A stretch of 64,000 nucleotides of DNA from an uncultured Pseudomonadota bacterium (GTDB lineage: Bacteria > Oederibacteriota > Muellerivitia > Muellerivitales > Muellerivitaceae): NCBI GenBank assembly GCA_963836235.1, contig CAWIIP010000001.1, positions 512,175 to 576,174 on the forward strand. Direction: 5' to 3'. The translations under genes and the position numbers were made by a program. Below the pieces are notes generated by a model that was not told where the DNA came from, searched no databases, and saw nothing but the letters and a program-made list of their open reading frames with translations. This document shows, piece by piece, positions 1 to 10,133 of the stretch (position 1 is the stretch's first letter; every line of letters starts with the position of its first letter).

Positions 1-3000
1 AAATATAATAGGGATTATTGAGTAAGGCGGCTTCGGTATAGAGGTCCTGCCTCGTGATGGAAGCTTGCGTGACCAGGGGTTGTTTAAAAAGAGTCACTCC
101 GCTGGAGGTAAAATCCCCCCCCCATTGGGTGGAATGTTGGAAGTGGGTGGAAGTTTGGTCTATTTCGGTGAAGCCCGAGTCCACCTCCCGGTAGCGGGTA
201 TTGATGGTGGCGAAGTTCTTCCCGAGAACAAAGGCCGCGTCGGCGCGCCGGGCCACGCCGCTTCGCACATTGGCATTGGCAACACGGAGGTTATTGATCC
301 AAAGATCACCTGTGTGCCCTGTGGAGGGGGCAGTGGGCGAAATCACGCCAAAACTGATCTGGGTGGCACGGTTGATGTAAGGAGTTCCCACTTGGAGCCG
401 ATTCCCCGCCGAACCATTGATCGGAACATCGACCGTCCCCCAATTGTACAAACAGCTGACCGCAGCGGTGTCTAATTGGATGTTGTATTGGTAATAGTCC
501 GCTTGATCGTTTCCAATCCGGACAAAAAGAACGTCCCCCGGCCGGTAAGAAAGCATGTAAAGATCCATCCGGATATCATCGTAATCCGTAAAGTCCAAGC
601 CCTGGCTGAAAATACGGGTGGCGTAATAAGCAGGAAGACCGCCGTAAATATCCCCATTGGAAAGGTTGTAAGTGATTTCCAGGGATTTTTCCTGGTACAA
701 AATGGCCGATTGGTCCTGGCCCGCCTGGACGGTAATAAAACGCAAAGAAGGCACGTAGCTTTGGTTTTGGTTCTGGCTGATGGAATTGACGTCAAATTTG
801 GAACTGTTAACCGTAACAGGCTCAGTGGCAGCCACTGTCGGGTCCACGGCCAATTGCCACAAGTTGTGGCTGAAACTGATATTTTGAATGTAAAAGTCCC
901 CGCTGATCGGGGTGGAATTGACTCCCGTGGTCCAAACCCGAACCGTCCGGATAATCGTCGGGTTGGCCGCCGCTGGATTTTGTGTATGGAAAAAATAGGT
1001 AGTCCCATCTGGGGTAGTCGTTTCGTTATCTGCCGCGGTATAACTCACTGGAACCTTGACTTGTTTCCATCCAGTCCAATTAGCTTCAAAGCCATATTCG
1101 TAATAGGCATTATTGGTATTTATAATTCCCGTTCCATCCATATTTTCAGTTACATAGGTGGTTCCGGTGCCAACGCTGACTCCTTCTTGAGAGGACGTTT
1201 CACCACCAGCGAGTAGGTTTGTCGGGGGGGATCCGATAGGAATGATTCCAGTTGGAAATGGTATCTCTGAACTTCCAGTCCATGGATTACCAGGATAATA
1301 ATAAGTGGGGATGCCATAATCTGGATTTGCTTGGACTTGGGGGATCGCTGTCAGTCCTGTGTCATAGTCTAGTATTCCATTCCCGTTGGAATCCTCGTCG
1401 ATTACCCCAAAATCCACCATGATCCACTTCGGATTTCCGTCGTTATAAATCCAGGATTGTAAAAAACTAACGTTGGAGTAATCCGATCCATTGGCGGAAA
1501 TGACCGACCTTACACCCGCCCACTGCTGGTTGGTCAAATTGGAATAGGGAAATTGAAGGACGGGAACGGCATCGTTCGGTTGCTGGGTGTTGGCAAAAGT
1601 TTCTCCCCCATAGGCTGCCCCAACACTTAAATAGTTTGTATAGCTCGTTGCAACTTGAGTTGTCGTCCCTATGGTTTGAAAAATGGTCATGGTGGGGTTA
1701 GAGGCTCCCGCGTTGTAAAACCGGGTGCGGTTGTTTGTCGGACCCGAAGCTGACATTGGAACAATCGGTAAAAAACCAATCGGTTGAATCGGCGCCGATG
1801 AAACCAGCCAGCTGCTTTGGTTCATGGAGGGCCCCGACACGCTATCGATACCTTCCATGTTGTCCACCATCGCCACGCCGTTTTCTCCCTCAGCGCTAAA
1901 GGTATCGGGATTGTAAAAACTCTGAGCGACTTCCCCGGATAATTTGATAGCCAAGGGGGGTTTCCAATTTTCCAGTCCAGGAACGATACCGGTCAGGGAT
2001 TGGACATCCTCCGATAAAAGATCAAGTTTCGCGTCCGCGTCAAAGAGGGTCAAGGAATTGGGCGTGGAACCGATTTGCGGAACGTCGATGGGTTGTTGGG
2101 CGTCGCTTTCCAGAAAGGTAGAACCGATAAAAAAGTGGTCGTTCACGTCATATTCCGCGCGGGCTCCGAGAATGTTGTTCGCGCTAAATGTACCAAAGGG
2201 GGCGTATTCATAGGTTACGACGACCTGGCTTGCGGGGGTCAGGATGCTCTTGTCGACGAAATCCAGGAAGCCAGAAGTGTAATCGAAGGTATAGTCCACG
2301 TCCCGCCGCAGTTTTCGGCCGTCCAGAAAAACCGACTCACTTCCACGGATGATGTTGAACCGCCCCATCTGGAAGAAATTCAACTGCGTTGAATAGTGGA
2401 TATGCACCGAATAGAGGCTGTTAGGAGTTGTGGTTTGGTCATAAACGTCCGCCGGAGTATTGCTGGAACTGGAACCACCCGTCGTATCCAGGTTGGCAAA
2501 GGGCCGTTCCGGCCAGAGAAAAGAAGTGGCCGCATTGGGTACCGGGGGAGTGGTTCCAGGTGCGATATAAAAATTAGAATTGCTGACCGTCAATACGTTT
2601 AAATCTAAATTTACGTCATAAATCCAAGGATTGGGGGCACCGACTGTTGAGACCCCTTGCCCCGTTTGAAGGACATTATTGGTGCCTTGGGAGATGACCT
2701 GAAACACGAAATTGGGATCTTGTTGGGGAGGGATAATCTTATCCGTTCCCAAACTGAAGTAATTCACCAGATAGTTGGGGCTCAAAGCCGTGGCGTTGAC
2801 CGAAGTTCCCCCCGTGCTGTTGTTGTTATCCTTGATTAAATGTCCCTCAACTGTTTTTCCGCTTCCAGGAGGAATCCTTCCCACAATACCGTCGTCCGGC
2901 ACATATAAAGTATCGGGGGTTAGATCAATAGTGGTGGTCGACCCCGTAGTGAAACCGACATTATGCCCGTCCTTAGTTTGGAAACAGACCGCGATTCGGC

Positions 3001-4534
3001 ACGATACGGATAAACCTCGGATGAAAGTGATGATGCCGGTGGAATAATCGACCGTGTAATCCCGGCCCGGGAGCCAGTGCTCGAAAAGCCCGTTGAAATT
3101 AGGCCCAATGGGGTTGATCACTCCCGTTCCCGGATCCACCCAAATCTGTTCCGTATTATTCGCGGGGAGGGCCCCATTCACGATTTGTCCCGACGTGGGA
3201 TCGGTATAGGGCCGATAATCCCGGGTGATGAGGAAATAGCGGTAAGGCACATAGCTGATATCCTGGATGTATTTATCGATTTGGGAGGCGTTTCCCTGGA
3301 AAACTTTCGTCTCCGAAATCCCTTTTGTTTGGGCGAAAAAGGTGGTCAAGTTGAATTGGTCGAATTTCATCTTGGCCTGGAGCCCGAATAATTGTTTACT
3401 GAAACCCGCGAATTCCGTGTTGGGGAGGACAAGCTGTAAGTCCCCGAAGTCGACTTCCTGGATGGCGCTGTCCGTGTCCCCATGGTACTTAATGGAAATA
3501 TCCTGCTTGGTCTGATCCACGCCACCGGCCCTATTGACGTCGCTATAATCCACATTCACGTCGACATTCCTGCCCACTTTTCCCTGCAAGGTCACGACCA
3601 ATTCCTGGTTGACTGTCGTGGTGTTCACAGATGGCAAAACTCCGTTAATAGGTGGACGATCAAAATTTTGAAAAGCCAATAGGATATCGACTTTTTTATA
3701 TCCCTGAATGGCAAGTGAGGTTTCGGCAGGGAGTTGGAGGTTAATTCCATTGGTATCGGGAATTTTCAGGACTTGCTCTTCTACGGGTGTCGGCTTGGGT
3801 TTTGGTTTTTGGGCCGCCGCCTTTTCTTCCGCGGACTGCGGTATTTCCATGCCTTCGGGGGTTGCTGTAATTTCATCGGAATAGGGGCTGACATTGCCCT
3901 GGGAATCGCTGGAAGCGATGACGTAGAAGTAATCTTCACCATTAAGAGGAGGGGAAAGGCTGCCTTGGGCCCCATCCAGGAAATAAGGGGCCGAAAGGGG
4001 TTTTATATTGACCTGTTTATAACCAAAACCCGGCGTGGTGGAGCGAAAAACATTGTAGGCCGTGACAGGCGAATTGGACGGTGCCGCCGCCCAGGAAAGA
4101 TAAACGCCTTCTTTTAAAATCAACACACTTAACCCCGTGGGAGCGGCAGGCGGAGCATAACTGGCCGCGGCGGCGGCCGGGGTGGTAACCGATGATGAAT
4201 TGGAATTAAGCGTCGTAACGGACTGTCCTTGGTTGTTGGTGGATACAGTGGTTCCTTGTGATGGTGATGAACCCGCCGCACTTGTGTTGGATTGGGCTTC
4301 GATAGCGTCCAATATTTGGATCTCTTCTTGAGGGCTTACCGATAAATCGGTGGTGGGTGCCGAAGCGCTTTGGGCAGGGGTTGCCGGGACAGTGGAAGAG
4401 ATTGTAGCGACCGGTGTTTGGGCTTCAAGTCTCGGAGTCGTCAAAACCATCAAAAAAAAGGCAAGCAGGCACCACAGACGCCAATGATTTTTGGCGGTGG
4501 TTATTGAATAACAGTGCCTATTGGGAAACCACAT
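1..4534 (-). CDS. sprA: SprA/Sov-like giant outer-membrane protein (T9SS translocon family) with N-terminal Fn3-like domain; 3' end outside window
   Basis: Hand translation of several segments from ATG at 4534 (MWFPNRHC...WRLWCLLAFFLMVL, signal-like); the same frame is open at positions 2-90. Contains the SprA-like block QELVVTLQGKVGRNVDVNVDY...ISIKYHGDTDSAIQEVDFGDLQLVLPNTEFAGFSKQLFGLQAKMKF...FAQTKG and later TENMDGTGIINTNNAYYEYGF..GWKQVKVP. Missing from the ORF track because it has no stop in the window. Confidence 0.75.
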   Translation of the reverse strand, partial: MWFPNRHCYSITTAKNHWRLWCLLAFFLMVLTTPRLEAQTPVATISSTVPATPAQSASAPTTDLSVSPQEEIQILDAIEAQSNTSAAGSSPSQGTTVSTNNQGQSVTTLNSNSSSVTTPAAAAASYAPPAAPTGLSVLILKEGVYLSWAAAPSNSPVTAYNVFRSTTPGFGYKQVNIKPLSAPYFLDGAQGSLSPPLNGEDYFYVIASSDSQGNVSPYSDEITATPEGMEIPQSAEEKAAAQKPKPKPTPVEEQVLKIPDTNGINLQLPAETSLAIQGYKKVDILLAFQNFDRPPINGVLPSVNTTTVNQELVVTLQGKVGRNVDVNVDYSDVNRAGGVDQTKQDISIKYHGDTDSAIQEVDFGDLQLVLPNTEFAGFSKQLFGLQAKMKFDQFNLTTFFAQTKGISETKVFQGNASQIDKYIQDISYVPYRYFLITRDYRPYTDPTSGQIVNGALPANNTEQIWVDPGTGVINPIGPNFNGLFEHWLPGRDYTVDYSTGIITFIRGLSVSCRIAVCFQTKDGHNVGFTTGSTTTIDLTPDTLYVPDDGIVGRIPPGSGKTVEGHLIKDNNNSTGGTSVNATALSPNYLVNYFSLGTDKIIPPQQDPNFVFQVISQGTNNVLQTGQGVSTVGAPNPWIYDVNLDLNVLTVSNSNFYIAPGTTPPVPNAATSFLWPERPFANLDTTGGSSSSNTPADVYDQTTTPNSLYSVHIHYSTQLNFFQMGRFNIIRGSESVFLDGRKLRRDVDYTFDYTSGFLDFVDKSILTPASQVVVTYEYAPFGTFSANNILGARAEYDVNDHFFIGSTFLESDAQQPIDVPQIGSTPNSLTLFDADAKLDLLSEDVQSLTGIVPGLENWKPPLAIKLSGEVAQSFYNPDTFSAEGENGVAMVDNMEGIDSVSGPSMNQSSWLVSSAPIQPIGFLPIVPMSASGPTNNRTRFYNAGASNPTMTIFQTIGTTTQVATSYTNYLSVGAAYGGETFANTQQPNDAVPVLQFPYSNLTNQQWAGVRSVISANGSDYSNVSFLQSWIYNDGNPKWIMVDFGVIDEDSNGNGILDYDTGLTAIPQVQANPDYGIPTYYYPGNPWTGSSEIPFPTGIIPIGSPPTNLLAGGETSSQEGVSVGTGTTYVTENMDGTGIINTNNAYYEYGFEANWTGWKQVKVPVSYTAADNETTTPDGTTYFFHTQNPAAANPTIIRTVRVWTTGVNSTPISGDFYIQNISFSHNLWQLAVDPTVAATEPVTVNSSKFDVNSISQNQNQSYVPSLRFITVQAGQDQSAILYQEKSLEITYNLSNGDIYGGLPAYYATRIFSQGLDFTDYDDIRMDLYMLSYRPGDVLFVRIGNDQADYYQYNIQLDTAAVSCLYNWGTVDVPINGSAGNRLQVGTPYINRATQISFGVISPTAPSTGHTGDLWINNLRVANANVRSGVARRADAAFVLGKNFATINTRYREVDSGFTEIDQTSTHFQHSTQWGGDFTSSGVTLFKQPLVTQASITRQDLYTEAALLNNPYYI

Positions 4535-4646
4535 ACATCAATCCTTTTAAAAACTCGCGAGAAATCGTTATACCCAAAATAAAAAAATAGGCCCCCGGAA
4601 ATTATTTTCCATTTCTTGTCACCACAAAAATTATTTTTCATGGCCT

Positions 4647-5396
4647 TCAATCCAAGTCTAATACCTTTTTCAAGTCATCCAATCGTTCCCGGCTGACAGG
4701 TAACCGGGTTTTGCCGGGATCGGCTAAAACCGCCAAATACTTTCGGTCACCTTCATGCTCCAATTCCTTGAGGAAATCCATATTGATGATGGCGCTGCGA
4801 TGGATCCGCAAGAAGCGTCCGGTATCCAGCCTTTGGGCCAAAGTATCGAGACTATCATCCGCGAGAAGTTCCTGGCCTTCGACTAAAATAACGGCGTAAT
4901 GGTCCCGCGCGATCACCGCGGAAACCTGAGTGGGATCAAATACCCGGTATTTAGACCCGCACTTAACCGCCATCCGCCGTTTCGCCCGTCCTTCTTCCAG
5001 CTTTTCAAGAAACCGCTGTAAGTTGGCCAATGGGGCTGGATTTTTTTGTTTCCGGACTCTTTCGATGGTTTCTGACAATCTTTCGGGGGAAACTGGCTTC
5101 ACCAAGTAATCCAGCGCTGAAAGCTCAAAAGCCTTCAATGCGTGCTCACTGTAAGCCGTGACAAAAACAACCGCGGGGCCCTCAGTTCCCCAAGCTTCCG
5201 CCACTTCCAAACCGTTCAATTCTGGCATTTCAATATCGAGAAAGGCTAGGTCCGGTTTTAGGTTTTCGGCAACCTGGAGGGCTTCCAATCCGTTGGCGGC
5301 CTCGGAAACCACTTGGATATCCTTGAAGTCAGAAAGCATCCTGACCAAACGGGAACGGGCCGGGGCTTCATCATCAACAATCAATACTCTGATCAT
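4647..5396 (-). CDS. LytTR-family response regulator (LytR/AlgR type)
   Basis: REC domain (IVDDE, FLDIEMP, FVTAY, DYLVKP) plus LytTR domain (FLRIHRSAIIN, LPVSRER). Confidence 0.95.
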   Translation of the reverse strand: MIRVLIVDDEAPARSRLVRMLSDFKDIQVVSEAANGLEALQVAENLKPDLAFLDIEMPELNGLEVAEAWGTEGPAVVFVTAYSEHALKAFELSALDYLVKPVSPERLSETIERVRKQKNPAPLANLQRFLEKLEEGRAKRRMAVKCGSKYRVFDPTQVSAVIARDHYAVILVEGQELLADDSLDTLAQRLDTGRFLRIHRSAIINMDFLKELEHEGDRKYLAVLADPGKTRLPVSRERLDDLKKVLDLD

Positions 5397-6679
5397 ATTT
5401 CCACCTCATCCGAAAAATCGGCGGGAATCATGGGCAAACTTAAAAGAACCCTTGATCCCCCATTTTCCCGTGGTTTGATCTCCATCTTTCCTTCTTCTCC
5501 AAAACCCAATTCCAACCTTTTTCTGCAATTTTCCAAAGCCGTCCCCGACCCCGCGTAATGCGAATTTCCAAAGCCCACGCCATCATCCTCCACGCTTAAA
5601 TTCATTATTCCGCCAGCGACGCCAGCATTGATCCAAAGATGGCCTCCCGTCGCTCGGGATGAAAGACCGTGCTTGACGGCATTTTCAACTAAAGGTTGGA
5701 GCAATAAAACCGGAATAAAGAACCGACTTGGATCCAACCCCTTTTCAATCACAATATGGGTTTGCAAACGCGATCCAAACCTGGCTTTTTCGATATCGAG
5801 ATAGTCTCTGCAAAACTCCAGTTCCTTTTCCAAGGAATGATGAGTTTTCCGCGTTGCCGTTAAAACCCCTTGAAAAAGTGTGGAAAGCTTAACCACGACT
5901 TGCTCCGCCTTGGCCGGATCGGCCGGTATCAGGGAAGCAACGGTATTTAATGTGTTAAAGAGGAAATGCGGATTCATTTGATCTTTTAACTTGGTCAAGA
6001 CGGCCTGAAGTCTCTCTTTTTCCAGTTCTTCCGCCCTCAGTTGATTACGTTGGGCCGAGTCGCGTAAATCCTGCCAGGACATAAACAAAAAACAAATTAG
6101 CAATAGCGCCCAAACCCAGAAAATCTCTGTTCCGTAATATTCCCATTGAAAGGTTGGGGCGATTGGCGCGCCGGCGTAAACAAGATTAATCCCGGCGACC
6201 ATAACGTGAAGAGCCGCGAATAATCCTGGGGGGGCCAAAAAGGCCAGAAAAAACATATACCAACCCGTTCCGTGATGCGGTTGGTTTTTTGATGTTTTCA
6301 CTACCCATATTTTTTCAACTAACAGATATGTGCGGATCACCGACAAGCCCAGAAAACAAACAAGTGTAGCTTCCAAAAAGTTCCAGCACCAACGAAAAAG
6401 GATCGAAGCAAGAGAATGGTTTCCCAATACGATGGTGACAATTAAAGTCCAAAGGGGATTCCAAACAAGAAGCAACTTTCCACCTGAAACCAAGAAAGAT
6501 TTCTCAAAATCCAAAAAGAATACTTTCTGTAATTCTTTGTTCATCGACCATTCTTTCCGTTGGATGGTGCCTTTGGATCTAAGAGTTGAAAAGCGGGAGG
6601 CTTCACCAGGAACAGACCCCACCTTCGAGATAATAGCAACCCTTGGAAAGTTCCACGGGCTAATTTTGGCCTTTTCCAT
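5393..6679 (-). CDS. LytS/YehU-family membrane sensor histidine kinase
   Basis: QMNPHFLFNTLN, LLQPLVENAVKHG, VEDDGVG motifs and N-terminal TM segments. Start chosen at ATG 6679 (AAGGA RBS); ATG 6544 is an alternative. Confidence 0.9.
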   Translation of the reverse strand: MEKAKISPWNFPRVAIISKVGSVPGEASRFSTLRSKGTIQRKEWSMNKELQKVFFLDFEKSFLVSGGKLLLVWNPLWTLIVTIVLGNHSLASILFRWCWNFLEATLVCFLGLSVIRTYLLVEKIWVVKTSKNQPHHGTGWYMFFLAFLAPPGLFAALHVMVAGINLVYAGAPIAPTFQWEYYGTEIFWVWALLLICFLFMSWQDLRDSAQRNQLRAEELEKERLQAVLTKLKDQMNPHFLFNTLNTVASLIPADPAKAEQVVVKLSTLFQGVLTATRKTHHSLEKELEFCRDYLDIEKARFGSRLQTHIVIEKGLDPSRFFIPVLLLQPLVENAVKHGLSSRATGGHLWINAGVAGGIMNLSVEDDGVGFGNSHYAGSGTALENCRKRLELGFGEEGKMEIKPRENGGSRVLLSLPMIPADFSDEVEI

Positions 6680-6725
6680 TCTATATTCCTTATTTTTTAC
6701 GGGAGGGAGGCATTGGAAAATAACG

Positions 6726-6794
6726 CCGGACCGATCTTTCAATCGGTCCGGACGCTGCCCAATATCAGCCCGTCCACCACCAGTTGAATCCGGA
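6726..6794. promoter_or_regulatory. Palindrome plus ~21-bp periodic repeats, candidate LytTR-binding region
   Basis: Perfect inverted repeat CCGGACCGAT-ctttca-ATCGGTCCGG at 6726-6751; CCGGA/CCCGT cores at 6726, 6748, 6769 and 6790. Confidence 0.35.
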
Positions 6795-7036
6795 AGGCGG
6801 GGGGCTGATGCCCTGTAGTAAAAATATCGCATCTTAGTGTCGAAAGATCCGAGGAACTCTCGAATGGACGGAAAAGGGACCTAAAATGGCGAAAATCCTA
6901 TGTTATACTGACGCCGATTGCAGCTATCAGCCCCCAGTCTTCGATCAAAAGCCTAACGCCAATTTTACTGAAGGCCAGGCACTTTAACATCAATCTATTC
7001 CCGGCCGCAGAAGGCCCTATTGCGCAAGGATTTTGG

Positions 7037-8200
7037 ATGAAAACCATCTACCGTTATGTCCTCATGGAAATGTTGCCGTCTTTCCTTTTATGCGTCGCCA
7101 TCCTGACTTTTTTATTTATGACCAACAAAATTTTCTTGTCCTTGGACTTAGTTCTCAATAAAAAAGTTTCCATTTCCGAGACTCTACTTTTATATCTCAG
7201 TCTCCTACCTTTAATACTTTCTTTGACCATCCCCATGGCCATGATGGTAGGAACACTCCTCGCTTTCGGGCGATTAAGTTCCGATATGGAAGTCACGGCC
7301 TTCAAAAGCGGCGGAGGACACATATTTCACCTCATTTCCCCAATCTTGGTCTTTGGACTTCTCATGACCTGTCTGATGCTTTACTTCAACGATAAGGTCC
7401 TACCGGCCGCGCAGTTCATGGTTAAGAAAATTGAATTTAATATCATCAAAAAAAAGGCGGACGTGGCCATCCGAGAACGGGTTTTCATCGACCAGTTTGA
7501 GGGTCACCAGTTTTATATCGACCGGCGGGATCCAGACGGTCTTTTTTCTGACGTGAAGGTCTTCGACCATTGGTCTTCAAAACCTTCCGTACAAACAACT
7601 TTGGCTAAGACTGGTACGTTAGATACAGATCAGAAATCCTATCAGGTTTTTTTCCACTTGAATAACGGCGTCATGAGTTGGGATAACAATCATTACAACA
7701 CTTACAATCAGCTTTACTTTCAACACTACATCATCCGGCTAAAACTAGAAAATCAATTGGCTGGACTCACTGATATCAAAAAGGATTACGAGGAAATGGA
7801 TTTGCGCGAAATCAAACAATCTATCCCCGTGGAAACCGATCCTGGGCGGTTGAATTATTTAAAAACAGAATATCAAAAACGCCTTGCTCTCCCATTTGCT
7901 TGTTTAGTACTAACCTGGTTTTGCGCCCCCCTGGGTCTTTGGACCCGTTCCAAGGGATTTATGGGATTTGTATTGGGGCTCGCCATGATTTTTGTTTACT
8001 ACTTAATGTTCATTTTCGGCCAGACTTTAAGCAATGTAGGAAAGGTCAATCCTTTTTGGGGTCTTTGGGGCGCCAATATAATTCTGGGCTTTGCGGGTTT
8101 TGTGATTTATTACATTGTCGTCTCAGAACATTCCGCCTTCAAACACTCTGTTCGATCCAGTCGAAAAAAACATCCGGTCGAAAAGCTGACCTTTAAATGA
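7037..8200 (+). CDS. lptF: LPS export permease LptF
   Basis: YjgP/YjgQ-family motifs (TIPMAMMVGTLLAFGRLSSDME, EYQKRLALPFAC); first gene of a tandem pair. Confidence 0.88.
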   Translation: MKTIYRYVLMEMLPSFLLCVAILTFLFMTNKIFLSLDLVLNKKVSISETLLLYLSLLPLILSLTIPMAMMVGTLLAFGRLSSDMEVTAFKSGGGHIFHLISPILVFGLLMTCLMLYFNDKVLPAAQFMVKKIEFNIIKKKADVAIRERVFIDQFEGHQFYIDRRDPDGLFSDVKVFDHWSSKPSVQTTLAKTGTLDTDQKSYQVFFHLNNGVMSWDNNHYNTYNQLYFQHYIIRLKLENQLAGLTDIKKDYEEMDLREIKQSIPVETDPGRLNYLKTEYQKRLALPFACLVLTWFCAPLGLWTRSKGFMGFVLGLAMIFVYYLMFIFGQTLSNVGKVNPFWGLWGANIILGFAGFVIYYIVVSEHSAFKHSVRSSRKKHPVEKLTFK

Positions 8201-9285
8201 AAGTTCTCACCCGATATATCTTAGTTGAATTTCTAAAACCCTTTTTATTAGCCACCGCTGGATTTTGCGTACTTTTTCTTCTTGTCCAAATTTTCAACGA
8301 CATGCATCTCATAATGGAATTCAAACCCCATTTCTGGGTAACTCTTAAATATTTTTCTTTTCATATTCCTGGTTTCATAATCCAAATTATTCCCATCGCC
8401 TGCTTGTTTGGCGTTCTTTTTTCGCTTAGCGCGCTTTCCAAAGGCAACGAACTTATCGCCATGAGAGCGGGCGGAATCAATATTTATTACGTGGCCTTAC
8501 CTTTATTTTTGTCCGGGATAATTATTTGTATCGCGAGTATTTTCTTCAATGAACTGATGGTTCCCAAAGCCGAAGCCTTAAAGCGACGTATCAAGACAGT
8601 GGAAATACTGCATCAACCCGAAGCCGAAGCCAATAAATTTCGCCAGGATATTTCCATGATCGGCGTCGGAGGCCAGATCTATCACATCGGTGCTTTTGAT
8701 GGAACCGTGAACACTCTATCGGATATTCTCATTTTGGAATTCGGGCCCGACAGCCATTTGAAATCTCGTCTCGACGCCAAGGCGGCTAAATACGAAAACG
8801 ATCAATGGACTTTTTATGATGGATATTTAAGGGTCTTTGACGATACCGACACGGAAATATCCGCCCAACCTTTTGATAAAATGCCACTCGCCCTTCCCGA
8901 AAAACCCGGCGATTTCCTGAAAGAACAAAAGGAACCGAACGAACTCAACATCACGGAACTATTGGCATATATTGGCCAGCTAAAGCGGAACGGTTCCGAC
9001 TGTCACAAAGAATTAGTGGAACTTTATTACAAATTCGCTTCTCCGTTCGGTTGTGTCATTTTGGCTATCTTAGGGGTTCCGTGGGGATGGACGATGAGGA
9101 AATACAGTGGGGTGGTTACCAGCTTCCTGATCAGTATGGCGGTGGGATTTGTTTATTTGGGAGGGATGCAAATTGGACAACATTTGGGAGAAGCAGGAGT
9201 CATTTCTCCATTTTTATCCGTGTGGATCGTGAATGTTATTTTTGCCCTGCTGGTGCCCATAATGCTTATTTGGAAAAACCGGTAA
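8197..9285 (+). CDS. lptG: LPS export permease LptG
   Basis: LSKGNELIAMRAGGI, KFASPFGCVILAILGVP; ATGA overlap with lptF. Confidence 0.88.
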   Translation: MKVLTRYILVEFLKPFLLATAGFCVLFLLVQIFNDMHLIMEFKPHFWVTLKYFSFHIPGFIIQIIPIACLFGVLFSLSALSKGNELIAMRAGGINIYYVALPLFLSGIIICIASIFFNELMVPKAEALKRRIKTVEILHQPEAEANKFRQDISMIGVGGQIYHIGAFDGTVNTLSDILILEFGPDSHLKSRLDAKAAKYENDQWTFYDGYLRVFDDTDTEISAQPFDKMPLALPEKPGDFLKEQKEPNELNITELLAYIGQLKRNGSDCHKELVELYYKFASPFGCVILAILGVPWGWTMRKYSGVVTSFLISMAVGFVYLGGMQIGQHLGEAGVISPFLSVWIVNVIFALLVPIMLIWKNR

Positions 9286-9321
9286 AATAAAATTAATCAC
9301 AATTCAATTATTTCACCAGAA

Positions 9322-10131
9322 TTAAACCGCAAGAATAAATAATCCAGCTTTCTTTGCCGCAGCCAGACTTTCTTCTTTTTTCAACAGAAAGCTCTTTCCC
9401 GACTCTATTACTATTCCTTTGACCCTGGCCATTGCGAGCGTTTGAATGGTTTTTAAACCGATAGTAGGAACATCAAACCGCCAATCCTGCTTGGGGCTGG
9501 CTACCTTCACTACAATGCAATTCGCCCCGCCCCATTTTCCACTTCTGCGAATAGTTTCATCGGTCCCTTCCATACCCTCCACTGCCACCACGGCGTTACG
9601 CTTGACCACGAGTGTTTGACCGATTCCCGCCCGGGCTAAAATACGCGCATGTTGGAGACCATAGGAAATGGCCTTTCGTGTTTCCGAATCGCTTTTCCCT
9701 TGCACTAGCCAGCCTGATCGGGTGACTATTTCTTCCATCAAATATCGGCTATCTAAAAGGTCAATGTTACTGTTCCCTAATTCCCCAGCGACAGCCTTCA
9801 AAAGGGATTCCCCCGATCTATCTTTTAACCGAGCCCATACTGACAGGGCCTTCCAATCCAGACGGAGGTTTTTGAAAATATTGGAATGTTGGACTTTACC
9901 GTGCATAACGGCGCGACGGACACCTCGTTTTTTGAAAAAGGAAAGCAACGATCCCAACTGGCCTAGAGACATCCACAAGGTTTCGTCACTTAATTTTTCG
10001 ATGGCAGGCGAAGCCGCCCCTCGAATGGCAGCAATTTTAAGGATTAACCCCCTTTTTTTTGTCTGACGGGCGAAGTGAAAAGGCAACTCTCCCGCACCCG
10101 CTATCAAACCTATCGCAGAAGACGCCGCCAT
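9322..10131 (-). CDS. lpxI: UDP-2,3-diacylglucosamine hydrolase LpxI (DUF1009)
   Basis: IGLIAGAGELP, IGQTLVV, AVEGMEGTDETI, KPQ-like SPKQDWRFDVPTIG; directly follows lpxA. Confidence 0.92.
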   Translation of the reverse strand: MAASSAIGLIAGAGELPFHFARQTKKRGLILKIAAIRGAASPAIEKLSDETLWMSLGQLGSLLSFFKKRGVRRAVMHGKVQHSNIFKNLRLDWKALSVWARLKDRSGESLLKAVAGELGNSNIDLLDSRYLMEEIVTRSGWLVQGKSDSETRKAISYGLQHARILARAGIGQTLVVKRNAVVAVEGMEGTDETIRRSGKWGGANCIVVKVASPKQDWRFDVPTIGLKTIQTLAMARVKGIVIESGKSFLLKKEESLAAAKKAGLFILAV

Positions 10132-10133
10132 AT

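Noticed and set aside
65-4117. Numerous plus-strand and off-frame ORFs in the track
   Set aside because: They are antisense or frame shadows of the single long minus-strand SprA-like gene
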